From SAR324 cluster bacterium (GTDB lineage Bacteria; SAR324; NAC60-12): 48,117 nucleotides of DNA. The position numbers and the translations under genes were made by a program. The stretch covers positions 1 to 48,117 of the forward strand of contig JAESQU010000215.1 in assembly GCA_016764995.1 (NCBI GenBank), in the 5' to 3' direction. Shown here in pieces: positions 45,860-48,117 of this stretch (positions are counted from its first letter, which is position 1; each line of letters begins with the position of its first letter). The notes below the pieces were generated by a model that did not search any database, had not been told where the DNA came from, and was given only the letters and a program-made list of their open reading frames with translations.

Positions 45860-48117
45860 ATGACAGCACCTTCCTTCCGTTTTTCAATTGATCGTGGGGG
45901 TACCTTCACTGATGTTTATGCGGAAGTTCCGGGCGAGCCAGAATTCCGGGTGGTAAAATTACTTTCAGAAGATCCGCAAAATTATCCGGACGCTCCACGC
46001 GAAGGTATCCGCCGAATTCTTGAATCAGTAACTGGTGAAACTTTTCCAAAAGAAAGTTTTAATGCCGAAAAAATTGAGTGGATTCGGATGGGTACAACTG
46101 TCGCCACCAACGCTCTTCTGGAACGTAAAGGCGCGAAAACTGCGCTGGTTACAACTAAAGGTTTTCGGGATTTACTGCAAATTGGAAATCAAAGCCGAGC
46201 AAAAATTTTTGATCTGAAAATTCAGAAACTGGATTTGCTTTATGAAGAAGTAATTGAGGTTAATGAGCGTGTCCGGATTTTTAAGAATTCAGGGAATTCT
46301 AAGCTAGATTCCGGCTTAGAGATTGTTGAAGGCACAACCGGAGAGCAATTTGCTGTTTTGGCAAAACCGGATTTGGTAGTTGTACGTCAAGAGTTGAAAG
46401 CAGTTTTTGAAAAAGGTATCCGTGCGGTGGCAGTGGTGTTTTTGCACGCTTACGCATTTCCGGAACATGAACGCCAAATTGGTGTGATTGCACGTGAAAT
46501 CGGTTTTGAGCAAATTTCACTTTCGCATGAAGTTATGCCGATGGTCAAAATGGTGGCGCGTGGCGATACTACCACCGTTGACGCATATCTCACACCGCAC
46601 ATCCGGAATTATCTGGAAAGCTTCCGTTCCGGATTTTCTGATAATTTGGAAAAAACACAGTTGCTTTTTATGCAGTCCGACGGAGGTTTGACCGATTCCG
46701 GAAACTTCAAGGGCAGCAATGCCATTTTGTCCGGACCGGCCGGAGGCGTCGTAGGTTATGCCATGACCACAGATTTGGGACAACCGGTCATTGGCTTTGA
46801 CATGGGCGGCACCTCGACGGACGTTTCGCGTTACGGTGACGATTACGAATTGGTGCATGAAACCGAAACCGCCGGAGTGCGTATCCAAGCACCGCAAATG
46901 CACATCAAAACGGTTGCGGCCGGAGGAGGATCAAGACTGTTTCTTCGCAACGGACTTTTCGAAGTTGGCCCGGAATCTGCGGGTGCGCATCCGGGACCGG
47001 TCTGTTACCGGAAGGACGGATATTTGGCGGTCACTGACGCCAACTTGGTTTTGGGGCGTTTGCATCCGGAATATTTTCCTAAAATATTTGGTACAAACGA
47101 AAACGAAGCTCTCGACCTTGAAGCATCCAGAAAGTCTTTTGAAAAAATAACTACCGAAATTAATGTATATTCCAGAGAGCGAGACCTTCCGGAATTGTCG
47201 AAGGAAGAAGTCGCCCTCGGATTTTTGCGGGTCGCAAACGAAGTCATGGTGCGTCCCATTCGTGAAATTTCGGTCATGCGTGGCTTCGACATCAAGGAAC
47301 ACGTACTGGCCTGTTTCGGCGGCGCGGGTGGACAGCACGCTTGCAGCATTGCCAGAGAGTTAGGACTCTCCAAAATTTTCATCCACCGTTTTTCCGGCAT
47401 TCTTTCTGCTTACGGAATGGGGCTCGCCGACATTGTGGTAGAAAAACAAGAACCAGCGGCGTTGGTGCTAACTGAAGACAAAAAGGACAACGGGCTTAAA
47501 AATCTCTTAATAAATCTCGAAAATTTAGCCGCTGATGCAAAAACAGAATTGCTTGCTCAAGGCTACAAAACTGAACAAATTGAAATCAAGCGTTATCTTA
47601 ATTTGCGTTATCAAGGCACTGACACAGCGTTGATGATTCCGGAAGCGGATTCAGTTTCAAATTATGACACAGGAATTGCGAATTGTGAGTTAGGCATTTC
47701 AGAATCAAGTCCGGAATTGCAGAAAAACGCAAAGAAGTTTCCGGATTATGTCAGCACTTTTCGGGAAACTTACCGACGTGAATTTGGTTTCGAATTGACA
47801 GGACGTGAAATTATTGTGGACGATTTACGTGTGCGTGCGGTTGCAAAATCTCCTGGATTACAAAAATTTACTCTTGCGAAAAAAGACGGGACTCCGGAAG
47901 CAGTAGACCAAACTAAATGTTATTTCATGTCCGAAAGTTCTGGTTCCGGAAGTTGGCAGCAAACACCGATTTACCGCCTGGAAAATTTGGGTGCCGGACA
48001 ACACTTACAAGGTCCTGCGATTGTGATGCAGAATACTTCTACGATTCTTGTGGAACCAGGATGCACGGCTGAAATTACGGAATACGGCGATGTGGTTTTG
48101 AACGTCGAAACCAAAAC
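45860..48117 (+). CDS. ATP-dependent 5-oxoprolinase / hydantoinase-family protein, running off the 3' end
   Basis: Absent from the ORF track because no stop occurs in the window. Motifs IDRGGTFTD, KLLSEDPQNYPDAPREGIRRIL, IRMGTTVATNALLERKG, LSGPAGGVVG, DMGGTSTDV, VAAGGGS, GPESAGAHPGP, FGGAGGQHAC. Confidence 0.93.
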   Translation, partial: MTAPSFRFSIDRGGTFTDVYAEVPGEPEFRVVKLLSEDPQNYPDAPREGIRRILESVTGETFPKESFNAEKIEWIRMGTTVATNALLERKGAKTALVTTKGFRDLLQIGNQSRAKIFDLKIQKLDLLYEEVIEVNERVRIFKNSGNSKLDSGLEIVEGTTGEQFAVLAKPDLVVVRQELKAVFEKGIRAVAVVFLHAYAFPEHERQIGVIAREIGFEQISLSHEVMPMVKMVARGDTTTVDAYLTPHIRNYLESFRSGFSDNLEKTQLLFMQSDGGLTDSGNFKGSNAILSGPAGGVVGYAMTTDLGQPVIGFDMGGTSTDVSRYGDDYELVHETETAGVRIQAPQMHIKTVAAGGGSRLFLRNGLFEVGPESAGAHPGPVCYRKDGYLAVTDANLVLGRLHPEYFPKIFGTNENEALDLEASRKSFEKITTEINVYSRERDLPELSKEEVALGFLRVANEVMVRPIREISVMRGFDIKEHVLACFGGAGGQHACSIARELGLSKIFIHRFSGILSAYGMGLADIVVEKQEPAALVLTEDKKDNGLKNLLINLENLAADAKTELLAQGYKTEQIEIKRYLNLRYQGTDTALMIPEADSVSNYDTGIANCELGISESSPELQKNAKKFPDYVSTFRETYRREFGFELTGREIIVDDLRVRAVAKSPGLQKFTLAKKDGTPEAVDQTKCYFMSESSGSGSWQQTPIYRLENLGAGQHLQGPAIVMQNTSTILVEPGCTAEITEYGDVVLNVETK

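Noticed and set aside
46035-47400. Cluster of short ORFs at the right end
   Set aside because: All overlap the continuous oxoprolinase frame starting at 45860, which the track missed because it has no stop in the window.

Overview
AT-rich (about 40% GC by eye) bacterial chromosomal window. The gene set suggests a marine deltaproteobacterial-like lineage such as SAR324; this is inference, not shown directly. Housekeeping genes: ybeY, rsmH, mutM, dxs, zapB-like, gltA, fxsA, scpA, ispD, thrH, rlmB. Also present: scattered type II secretion genes (gspD, gspM, gspN), a flagellar hook operon (fliJ-motE-fliK-flgD-flgE), three toxin-antitoxin modules (two hicAB, one higBA), a GAF-adenylate cyclase, a dehydrogenase trio, sulfopyruvate-decarboxylase-like comDE, a long 5-oxoprolinase running off the right end, and several broken accessory genes (SHMT-like, lipoprotein, ABC permeases, TRAP DctM). 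No rRNA, tRNA, CRISPR array, transposase or integrase was recognised. The strongest unexplained signals are: (1) a highly iterated palindrome TCCGGA/TTCCGGAA (about 92 and 24 copies by manual count, versus about 7-8 and <1 expected), reminiscent of cyanobacterial HIP1; (2) a compact multi-stem RNA leader ahead of the zapB-like gene; (3) length expansions in two envelope machines (secretin with six N-domain repeats, FliK with 72-bp tandem repeats); (4) a triple-HTH protein and a dispersed 65-bp intergenic repeat.
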